Shown: positions 54,225-64,000 of the stretch, piece by piece
Layout: the number at the start of each line of letters is the position of its first letter
How positions within the stretch are numbered: the first letter of the stretch is position 1
Assembly (NCBI GenBank): GCA_001662655.1
Contig: KV460211.1
From: Pseudogymnoascus verrucosus
Lineage: Eukaryota
DNA: 64,000 nucleotides
Strand: one strand, 5' to 3'
Notes under the pieces: generated by a model
The model's input: the letters and a program-made list of their open reading frames with translations, nothing else
Databases searched by the model: none
Told to the model about the DNA's origin: nothing
Translations under genes and position numbers: made by a program

Positions 54225-55523
54225 TTAAAACCCATCACCCTCCGTCCATGGCCGTCCAGCCTCCTTGGCTCTATTTTCCGGATTGTTGCCCCGTTCAATA
54301 GCCTTTTCTTTCTCGATCTGAATCCATGCGCCGAGCTCGTTGATTTTTTGCTGCAGCTCGGCAGCTTCGCCGGTCTTTGGCACGTCTAAAGCGAGTTTCT
54401 CGTCAAACTCCCCCTTCTCCTCCATTTCCTTGATCTTCTTTGTATTTGCCTCAACCACCTTGAGCCTGTCCTGGTGGTGTGACTTCTCGTGTACTTTCGC
54501 ATAAAAGCTATTGTACTCTTGTTCGCCTCCAAAGCAAACCCCGAAGCCGTCGCAGTAACACACATTCTCCTTGGGGCACATGACATTTTGGCCGGTGAAA
54601 AGGTAGTGCCAGACATACTCCCAGACTCTGCCCGAGATATGGTTGCGAAGACGTGTCCGCAACAACCAATCCCGGTAGAAAACGTAACGGGCCTTGGGCA
54701 AGGCTCGAATACGCTCTCTTGACAAAGCGAACTGTGCACAACAGGGTTGCGCCAGAACAGTCGGAATAGAATCCATGGGAAATAATTCACTCCATGACTG
54801 CGCTAGCACCTGTTCCTCTTGCTTGTTGACATCTAACTCTGTCGTGCCAGGATGCATCCAGGCTGGGCAGCCTGGGTACCAGTGGCAGCGCAAATTCATG
54901 TACCCTTCTCTCTGAACTCTTTCCGCAGAGAGGCGGTTCACCATCTGTGCAGAGTCCGAGTCGAGTAGCTCGTCATTATGCCATGCGTATTGATGTGCAT
55001 GTATGAAGATGTTGACATCGGCGAGGTTGTCGTAGTTGTCGATTATGTAGGTAAGGTATATCATAACTTCGTTGCCTTTATTCTTTGGCGGGTGGAGGGG
55101 TGCAGTTGGGTCGTCCGCAATGTACAAGGATGTGTTCAGAGAGCCCCCTGGAGGGAAATTCTCATCGATCCAGGAGGTATCTTCAGCCTTCGTCTTTGGG
55201 ACAATCAGCATCTTTGTGTACGTCGAGCCTGGTGGTTTTGGTGTCCCTGCCGGGAACTTTTCTGGCGTCCTGCCCATCTCAACTTCTGGCTGTCCCTCAT
55301 CCGCAACAGATTGCATTCCGTCCGCATCGTTATCGTGATTTTGTTTCCCCCCTGGTGTAATGATCGTGATATCGTCATCTATCTTTGCATCTCCCAGTCC
55401 AATCTTCTCCAGCGGTAAGCTCTCCCATGAGCTAGATGAGAAGGTTCTTATTATTAAGACAATGAAAACCAAGCCTGTGCAGACCACAACGGGCAGCATG
55501 CGCCGTGGGACCGATACAATCAT
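54225..55523 (-). CDS. DUF3431-like type II membrane protein
   Basis: N-terminal TM segment; NKGNEVMIYLTYIIDNYDNL, FIHAHQYAWHND, GYMNLRC, PCCAQFALS, GRVWEYVWH. Confidence 0.88.
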   Translation of the reverse strand: MIVSVPRRMLPVVVCTGLVFIVLIIRTFSSSSWESLPLEKIGLGDAKIDDDITIITPGGKQNHDNDADGMQSVADEGQPEVEMGRTPEKFPAGTPKPPGSTYTKMLIVPKTKAEDTSWIDENFPPGGSLNTSLYIADDPTAPLHPPKNKGNEVMIYLTYIIDNYDNLADVNIFIHAHQYAWHNDELLDSDSAQMVNRLSAERVQREGYMNLRCHWYPGCPAWMHPGTTELDVNKQEEQVLAQSWSELFPMDSIPTVLAQPCCAQFALSRERIRALPKARYVFYRDWLLRTRLRNHISGRVWEYVWHYLFTGQNVMCPKENVCYCDGFGVCFGGEQEYNSFYAKVHEKSHHQDRLKVVEANTKKIKEMEEKGEFDEKLALDVPKTGEAAELQQKINELGAWIQIEKEKAIERGNNPENRAKEAGRPWTEGDGF

Positions 55524-56213
55524 AACTGCTGGGCATATAATGAGACGAAAGAAGGAGCGAGGGTTTGTCGACGGGTAAGAAACCACCTGGGTGAAACCCG
55601 CCAGCTGAGTAGAGGGGGAGTGTTGCGCAACTTGGAAGTTTGGATCGCCTTTACTTTAGCGGAGCCTGGGTCCACCCCATGTGAGGATACGCGTAATGCG
55701 CCTTTGTTTATATTTCGAACTCTCGAGGGAAGGGCGGGATGAAAGTAAGGTGGTATATAGAAAGCCAAGAGAAGCTGCTAATCACGGCGGCGATAAAAGT
55801 GGCATTGCTGATATTCCCAACAGAGTTCCCGGCCTCTTGATGGCTATAGTGTCGAACTCGTAATATGGAGAAGACTGACGTCGTCGTTCGATGGCAAGAC
55901 ACACGATCCAGAAATATATTAAGGTTGTCCAATAAGCTTTAGTATCGGTGCTACGATGGACCGCCCCTAGCACTTGTTCGGCTGTACTCTGGTACACAAG
56001 TACCCCTGTCGTATCCGTAATTTGCACTGTTTGCTCAACTTCACTAGGGCTTTAGGTAAGCCTGGTTGGTGCCTTGCCAATTATCTCCCCGCGTTGGACA
56101 CTGGAAACGATCAATGGAAGTTTGGATGTCCAAGCTTGCTTCACGATAACGCCAGCAACTATTTGTTGAATTCTAGGGCTAGGCTACTTTGCCAACTTCA
56201 ACTGCAGCTCATC

Positions 56214-57923
56214 ATGGCCAAAGGCCAGCCACCTCAAAGTGGGCCGATCGGCGAGGTCACTGGTAAGATAGCTCCCATGTCTGGGCATGAGCCGCAACTC
56301 CGGTATTGATATGATAACTAGAAGTGCCGAAGCTCGATCTCGAAACCTATATCCAAAACTACACAGGTATGTGGGCCTTTCACCACTGCGCCTTATTATA
56401 AGGCAGTTCACCGCTCCTCTACGACTTCCCAGCGGTTTCCCGACTGTCCCGTGCCAAAACCGACCCCTCCTTACTGCCATAACCCCATAGTTCTAGTCTG
56501 ACTTTGGGCATATAGGAACCACAAAATTTGAGCGCCTGTTATTTATCGGATTACACTCGACCGTATTACGCGCCGAGGCACTCAAAGCGGCTGTGGTGGA
56601 GGCAAAGAAAGGTCGGAATGTAGCACATTACAACGTGGCCCAAGAGGCATACAGTCACGTCGCCCCGGACGAGCCAGAAGCACAACATGACGACCAATGG
56701 GTAACCAGCATGGAAAAGCAGAATAAAGTTGAAGGGGCACGCCTGGAAGCAGAATTGAAGGGCTACAAGAACAACCTCATCAAAGAGAGCATACGGGTAG
56801 GTGGGATTGGACCATAACCTACTCCGAGTACTGACATAAAGTGTAGATCGGAAATGAGGACTGCGGCAAATTTTACCAGAGTACTGGGAACCTACAAAGG
56901 GCATATGAAGCATACCAAAGGATGAGACAGGATGCGATCATCAACAAGCACATCATCGAGCTCAACAAACACTTGACGACAATCACAATCGAACAAAAGA
57001 ACTGGCTGGGTGCCGTCAACCACGCTCAAAAACTCTTGTCCGTGACAGAGCAAACACAAACGGAAGAAGCAAAGGCTGTGCAGCCATTTATCAAGATTGC
57101 TCAAGGGTTGGCGTTTATGGCCCAGAAAAAATACAGTGAAGCAGCGACTTCGTTTCTTGGAGTCGGTACAGGCATGGATGCACCTGCGATTATGAGTGGG
57201 AACGATGTGGCCATATACGGAAGTCTTTGCGCACTTGCTTCGATAGATCGGGATCAGCTGCAGAAGAGAGTGCTCAACAGCAGTACTTTCAGGAGTTATC
57301 TGGAGCTTGAGCCAGAAGTCCGCCGAGCCATTACTTCGTTTGTCAACGGCAGGTATTCTGTGTGCTTGTCAATTCTCGAAGGCTACCGAAACGATTATCT
57401 TCTTGATATCCATCTATCCAGCCATGTGGCGGATATATTCCGCCTTATTCGTAGCAAGAGCATCGCGCAGTACTTCATACCTTTCTCATGCGTCACATTG
57501 GAAAGTTTGAATGCGTCGTTTGCCCAGTCGGGGGAATCGATTGAGGAAGAGCTGTTGGGAATGATCAAGAACGGGACCTTGAACGCGCGGATTGACACAA
57601 GCAAGGGGGTGAGTTCTCTTTCTCTACAATCTATCTACCATGTACTAACTAGTCTACAGACGCTCAATGCAGTCATCCCTTCACCCCGAGCCCAACTGCA
57701 GCAAAAGACCCTGGATTCAGTAAAGGAATATGAGCGCGAACTTCGACAACGCATACTGCGCATGAACATCGTTAATGCCGGCCTGGAACTGGAGTCAAAG
57801 AATGGCGTCAGCCTGGGCGGCGACCAATCAACCGACCTTGACCTGGTCGACTTTGAGGCTATTGGCTCGCCCTCTTACGGAAGCTCATTTAAGGATCTGG
57901 AGGGGGACGAGACTCTGGGGTAG
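56214..57923 (+). CDS. CSN1: COP9 signalosome subunit 1
   Basis: Exons 56214-56262, 56322-56366, 56516-56796, 56847-57608, 57660-57923. LEAELKGYKNNLIKESIR, DVAIYGSLCALAS, FRSYLELEP, PCI end LNARID. Confidence 0.93.
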
Positions 57924-59378
57924 AGTGGGGCCGTCTTGAGGCTCGGCGTATGGATAAAAATCGAAAGGGGTTTGGTGAAATAGCGACTAGTAGCAGTGAT
58001 ATTTGGTTGGCGCTGAAGCGTTTGCTGTCATTGCATGATACCGGGGCATTTGGGGCGTTCAGATGGGGGCGAATTATCGTATTGCTTTGAAATACAGAAG
58101 TCTTTTGACGGCCTAGACGGTGAGCCAACTGAGAGATCTTTTCTGAGTACGGCTGTTATAATGAATCTCATGACACAGGTTTTCCCCCCACGTTATACAA
58201 AACAAAAATGCCAGATGACTAGTACATGCGACCTCTTATATCGTCCTTCCATTCACAATGTGAGAGTGACCACCCAGCGATGACGTGATTGTTGTGTGTT
58301 TTAGCTATTCTATTTTTGCCTTTGACTGCATTTCTGGGGGCGCTGAATTGGCGTTGTGCCACGTGCCCCGATACCAAGATAAGATAAGATTGTGTAGATT
58401 GTATGCGCCTTTTATCGCCCGATAGACATGGCGAGTCGAGTTTAGTTTCCAACAAAAAAACATGTGGCCACGGCAACTCACACTTGACAACTAGCTCAGC
58501 TAGGGGCTGGGTACTGGGTATAAATGCCTGTTCTAAATGATATGAGGGGTGTCAGCTGTACAGACATTTGATCCCATTCTGATATCCGCCGAACTCTACT
58601 ACTGCAGCGTGCTAAAAGCATACACCCGAAACAGCCATGGTGACCTTGGCGCACGGGCGGGTCGATGCAGTGGAAACAGTACATGGCTAGCACAGCTAGT
58701 AAGCAAGCTTTTCCCCTAGAAACCTGCCTCTGCTGGCGTGGATGTCCTCGACGGTTCCATTGGCCGGACAATCATGCTGGAACTCGCAACCCATTTTATC
58801 CCTTCTCTGACGTAAACCTCGAGTGGTTCGCGGTTCTGGGCTGTCGTCGGGAAAAGAAAATATGGAGCCCCGACTGCAAGGAACGAAAGTAACAGACTAT
58901 GACGCTGCGCGCTCCCCACTCAGAGCGATTTGATCCATCCATTTTCCCACATCGCCTTGCGCCGCTCCCTTTGTACCCGCAAATCGGCGGGTACGTTCTC
59001 AGTGGCTCGCCGGGGGTGGGGGTGAGATATGTCTCGGGGGGGCGAACGATGGGAGGGAAGTGAATGGGCAAGTAGTTTTGATTCGTGTTTATATTAATAC
59101 TCTGGGAAAGTCTCGTCGGCTCCTGCTTTCCCTAGAAGTATATATATACACCTGGCATTTCCAACTGCTTGTGGTAGGAACTCGCGACTTGAGAACACTC
59201 CCCCCGAAGTATCAGTATCAGTCGAACCACGAGAAGCATCATACCATCTGTTTGGAAGAAAAGAAAGTAACGATTATCACGACCTAGATCTTGTATTCTC
59301 TTGTACAAATTATATTCTACACGTCCCTATCTCTATACCGGCTGTACGACGTTGTACAACAACAGCAACTGTATCATC

Positions 59379-61186
59379 ATGTCCAACAAACCCATCTTCG
59401 TGGCGACTCACCCGCGCGCATGCTCAACGGCCTTCGAACGGGCATGTTCCAAACTTAGCGAATCCCCCAACCACCATGGCTAACCTCACATAGGTGTTCA
59501 TGACCAGGAAAGATCTTCAATGCATCCATGAACCCTTTGGAGACGCCTTCTACTTTGGGCCGGAGAGGCTCTCTAGCCGCTATGAGGCAGATGTCCAGGC
59601 GAGAGACGACTCCGGATTCTCTGACTCTACCTATGCATCTGTTTTCGAGCAGATCGAAAAGAAAACTGAAGAGGTAAGGACGATTTTATATACTGCCCTT
59701 TTGCTCTCTTTCGTTCGTTGCGTTGAGCGATTTCATCTGATTATCACGTGATATGAATTGTCTCGTGGAGCAAGAATGCTCTCTGCTTCGTATTTTAAAC
59801 GGTTCTCGGACGATTTTATATATGTTCCTTTGGTACTTTCTTTTCCTCGAGCGATTTATTCTGTTATTTGTTATTGCCTGGAATGGGAATGTCTCATAAT
59901 CTCGAGTTCATGCTGGGGAGTTAATCAGGCTCTGTCATCTTGTGACTTGTGTCACAAGATGGCGGAGCCCGATTTGCGTGATGAGTTTTGAGCCTTTGAT
60001 AAATGGCACAAGTGACATTATATCCCGGTCAATCATCAAATCAGCTAATTTCTCGAGATGAGCATGCCTTCATTTTGTTTATCTCTGCATTTATTTGCAG
60101 ACTCCGCGTCAGTATTAGGCATAAAATTAACACAAGTCTCCAGGGCAAACGCGTCTTCATCAAGGATATCACCCATTACCTTGCTCCGCCGCATCGCAAC
60201 CCCGCATCCATTGCCCCTTCGTTAGGTGGCGTGCCTAAGCGTGGCGTTGGCACAAATGGTGCTGCCACCAACGGCATTACCAACGGCGTTACCAATGGTA
60301 CTAACGGTCATGTTACCAACGGCAATGCTGCCAACGGCCATACTACCAACGGGCATACTACCAATGGCCACGGCACCAATGGCCATGTCACCAACGGCAA
60401 TACCATCTCGCCTGCTCCATATCCCTACAACACCGAGGCCGAGCCCGCGAACCCAACTGTTGTCCCCGAGGAGATCCTGAAGAAGTTCCACTTCACATTC
60501 CTGATCCGCCACCCCCGCAGCAGCATCCCCTCCTACTACCGCTGCACCATCCCACCTCTCAACAAGGTAACTGGGTTCTACAACTTCGATCCAAGCGAAG
60601 CCGGCTACGATGAGCTCCGCCGCGTCTTCGACTTCCTCAAGTCAAGGGGACATGTTGGCCCTGCGATTGCTGGTGAGTACAGCGGGAACCTACCGAAGGG
60701 AGAGGTGAGCATCACGATGATTGATGCGGATGATTTGTTGGATAACCCGAATGGTATCATTGAGGCGTACTGCAAGGAGGTTGGGATGGACTATGATCCG
60801 GGTATGTTGAACTGGGATACTGAGGAGGATCACGCGCAGGCCAAGAGGGCGTTTGAGAAGTGGAGAGGCTTCCACAATGATGCGATTGAGAGTTGCAGTT
60901 TGAAGCCTAGGGAGTCGAAACACGTGAGTTATATACCCACCCTTTAGTTCTCCAGCGATGAGACGCTGTAACAAATGACCTGCTATGGATATTTGAAGCT
61001 GACCTGTGTCTCGCCAAGGGAAAGAAGACGAAGACCGTCGAGGAAGAAAATAAATGCTGGAAAGAGACATATGGTGCGGAGGGGGCTAAGATCATTCGGG
61101 AGTGCGTCGATGCCAATATCCCGGATTACGAGTATCTGAAGTCGTTTGCGCTCAAGGTGCCATTCAAGGCTCCTGGCGAGGCTTAG
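59379..61186 (+). CDS. Sulfotransferase-like P-loop protein
   Basis: Exons 59379-59441, 59494-59673, 60144-60923, 61019-61186; intron 1 is GC-AG, intron 2 is 470 nt. THPRACSTAFERVF, HEPF, FLIRHP, IDADDLL..P, MLNW. Confidence 0.88.
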
Positions 61187-61359
61187 AGCCTTGGAACTTG
61201 GACGACGCTTCGGCTTGAACGAGAGGTCTCTCTCTATCCGATAGGCAGATAGCTTTCCATTAGTAAACGCTTCTGTATGTGATGGCTGAAGTGATCTACT
61301 TTTTGCTTTTTGTGAGAAGCAGAATTTTGTTTCTTGAATGTAGGTTCTTTTATTTTTGT

Positions 61360-61645
61360 TTGTAATCGTTCCTGCCATGTATGGGAATGGAAAGCTCTTG
61401 AGGAAGCTGCAATTGAGGCTTGCTTGATAATCGTTCTTTCCATATCTAGGAGTTGGAGGTTAATGAGGAAGTTGCGATGGGGACTCTGCTTGGTAATCGT
61501 TCCTTCAATATATATAAGGACTGAAAGCTCTTGAGGAAGCTACGACTGAAGCTTGCTTGATAATCATACCTTCCGTATATAGTTTTTGAAAACTCCAAAG
61601 AAGCTGCGATTGAGGTTTGGTTGGTAATCGTTCTTTCCACGTATA
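61360..61645. repeat. Degenerate tandem repeat of about 65 bp, 4+ copies
   Basis: TAATC(G/A)T at 61363, 61428, 61495, 61561 and 61625; the last four are preceded by GAAG(C/T)T.C.A.TG..G..TG.TTG. Confidence 0.85.
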
Positions 61646-61744
61646 GGTGTCAGCGGCATGGCAGTCATTGGATACTGATCGATTATACTATATTTCACAA
61701 CTGATACACATGTGTCTCAATGATAGTCACAATGCATAGATCGT

Positions 61745-61970
61745 GTCTCAATACTCCAGTGTTTCATATTCTTATCCCTCATAACGTGTCTGCGTCGACC
61801 ACAGAAAATCAGAAATCATGCCTCAACACCCCTGCGCCCCATATTCTCATACCCCATAACCTATCCGTGAAGACCACAGAAATGAACTAAAACCGTATCT
61901 CAATACTCCAGCGACTCATATACTCATCTCCCATAACCCATCCGGGCCTCCCCAGCAGAAAACAAACCGA
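61745..61970. repeat. Degenerate tandem repeat of about 76 bp, 3 copies
   Basis: ctcaa.ac.cc.g...catat.ct.at..c.cataac...cagaaa recurs from about 61745, 61820 and 61897. Confidence 0.8.
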
Positions 61971-61980
61971 GATCAACCCC

Positions 61981-63932
61981 CTACTCCTCCCTCTCAGCAA
62001 TCTCCAGCAGCTCCCCCTTAAGACTGCCAACACTGCCTATGAACGAAGTCAAAAACCCCAAATACTTCTCCTTGCACTCCTCAGTCTTCTCGTCCGCACC
62101 AGCACCAGCAAACGACGAAACGGTGACAGAACCGATAGCAGCCTCCGTCATGGTGATGATGACATGCTCGAATTGGAGGATGTCGGAGATGGCTCTGGAG
62201 CTGTTGTAGGGAGCGGCGTGTTGGAGGAGGCGGGCGCGGACGGAACGCTCGGCTTGGGGGTTGGGCTCGTCGGCGGCGCGGAGCATGGTGGAGGCGGTAC
62301 GCTTTTTTGACGAGGTGGAGCGTTTGGTCCTGGTAGTTGTAGTAGTTAGGTCTATAACCTCGACCTCGTTGACTTGCTGGTCCTGCTAGATCAGATGTCA
62401 GTGAAAACGTACGAGAATTTATGGGAAGGTATTGTATTATAGTTACTTACCGGAGTGTCTTCCATGATGCTTATGACGTTGCTGACTTCAGCTGGAGAAA
62501 TGATGTTGTCGAGTTGAGGCTTCTTGAGCTTCTGGATACACATGTTAGAATCGGTGTTCTGAATTCCTGATTCGGAGTGAATAACGAGTCCGACCTCCTT
62601 CTTCGTATCTCCAGGTTTCTGAATGCGCTGCTTGGGTGGTTCGAAAGTCGTGATCTTCTTGGGAGCAGTAGAGGTCATCAAGTTTGTGAAAGGCTTTTTG
62701 GTCATGGCAGGTTTGTCGATGGTTGGTGGGTTGGAGGAAGTTTCACTCTGTTCAAGACGCATCTTGTTCTTGTTGCTGAAAGGGTGTCGTATATATCTGC
62801 TTGGAACAACACTTAAGCCGGTCTAGGGGTCCATGAAATCAGTCCATCTTTCGCAAAAAAAAATAACCAAAAAAATAACAGGGAAATTACTCACCGTGTC
62901 AAAAGAAGTCAATCGGCTTTCAGCAGGCTTCTCAGCTGCCTTTCCAGAGCCGTTATCTGCGGCTTTCACAGGTGATGTACTGCGGTTCAGCTGGCAGGGG
63001 AAACCAGGGATGATTAACGTGTCTTCAGGATCATACTCATCGGAATCTGAATCATGGCTATCAACATCGATCTTGGGGATCTCGAGAGGATTTGCTCTCG
63101 AACCAGCGGCCTGGGATCCTTCGGTGGACATGACAGCAACAGGCGTTGTGGCCACCTTGGTAGGGCTCTGGGAACCTTCGGTGGTCATGATGGCAACAGG
63201 AGCTGTGGTCGCCATCGTTGGTGTAGGGGCCTGTCCATGCTTCTCTTGATCGAGAGAGGCTCTATCTTCCTCCTCAGATTTTATTCTCGGAGTCATATCG
63301 ACAACAATAGAGTTTCCCTCGTCGTATTCTTCGGCGGCAGATTGCTTTGAAGCTTTTCCAATGGAGGCAAACAATTCTTGGCTGGGATTTTTGAATTGTG
63401 AATTGCTTAACTTTCAGTAGGATGATGGGATGATGGTGAAGCAGCAGGGGAATCAAATCTGGCAGGACTGTTTGGAGTGGCAGCACTCGGGGTAGCTCCT
63501 TCCTTCTTGGCAGACTGATTGTCACCTGCAGAAAGCAAGCTCTTCGCCTCCTTGAGTTGCTCCATGAGCGCCTTGCTCTGACTGAAGCTGAAAACTTTGT
63601 AGGTTCCATCAGGGTTCCTGCAGATCCTAAGCATCTCACTCTGAGCTTTCTTCAGATTGGGGCATAGGTTGGAGATGGTGCGGAGGTTAGTAAGTGTAGT
63701 GCTACCAAGCTGATCGGTGGGTCTGATCTCCCTCGGGAAAATGTCGATAAGCTCGGAGACTCCTCAAGCTTCTTTGATGCGGATGATGGTGTTGGCCCTT
63801 AATTTAGCACCTTGTTCGTTGAGCTCTCCCTTCTGTAAATTTATATTAGTTATTATTCCCAAAAAACTGGACATGAGTGTGTCTTACGATTCTCTGCCCT
63901 CCAACATTCTTGGGGGTATTGTTGGTACTCAT
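61981..63932 (-). pseudogene. Multi-exon hypothetical gene with two apparent lesions (probable pseudogene)
   Basis: Exons 63932-63888, 63832-62895, 62822-62595, 62531-62451, 62385-61981 with canonical introns. Exon 2 has an in-frame TGA (63766-63764) and a 1-nt frameshift near 63412. Confidence 0.55.
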
Positions 63933-64000
63933 CTTCACTGCACTGGGCTCCTGTATCTGCTATGAAGGTGAAAGATAAAGAGAAAAGTTTGGAGATACTG

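Noticed and set aside
57609..57659. 51-nt in-frame segment in the CSN1 ORF as coding
   Set aside because: It has GTGAGT, TACTAAC and CAG, so it is an ordinary intron that happens to lack a stop.
59978..60143. Intronic box C/D snoRNA or TPP riboswitch
   Set aside because: GTGATGA (box C-like) has no downstream CTGA in the intron, and there is no CTGAGA/TPP aptamer core.

Overview
Window from a filamentous ascomycete genome (Pezizomycotina; a leotiomycete such as Pseudogymnoascus is a guess from gene style). It is gene-dense with short spliceosomal introns. I could assemble 21 protein-coding models by hand: PP1/GLC7, an LRR protein, an Rdx/SelW-like protein, G-protein gamma, eIF3a, ATP16, a DUF2457-like protein, a GtaA-like glutaminase, an RRM/SR-like protein, a CBM18 secreted protein, a DENN-like protein, SAR1, a patatin lipase, HSP104, MHR1, a DUF3431-like protein, CSN1, a sulfotransferase-like protein and three hypotheticals. 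There is also one probable pseudogene, an intron-containing tRNA-Glu(TTC) and several mini/microsatellites. The main find is in the 4.6-kb ORF-free gap next to ATP16. It contains, in the expected order, elements resembling a fungal telomerase RNA: core-enclosing helices, template-boundary arm, template, U-rich pseudoknot, P6/P6.1-like domain and Sm site with 5' splice site. The template predicts a non-canonical telomere repeat (TTTAGTGG) instead of TTAGGG. Other notable items are a highly structured 470-nt intron with a competing unproductive 3' splice site, an alternative intron that removes the CDK site of PP1, and two GC-AG introns. All exon boundaries and RNA pairings were read by eye and need computational confirmation.
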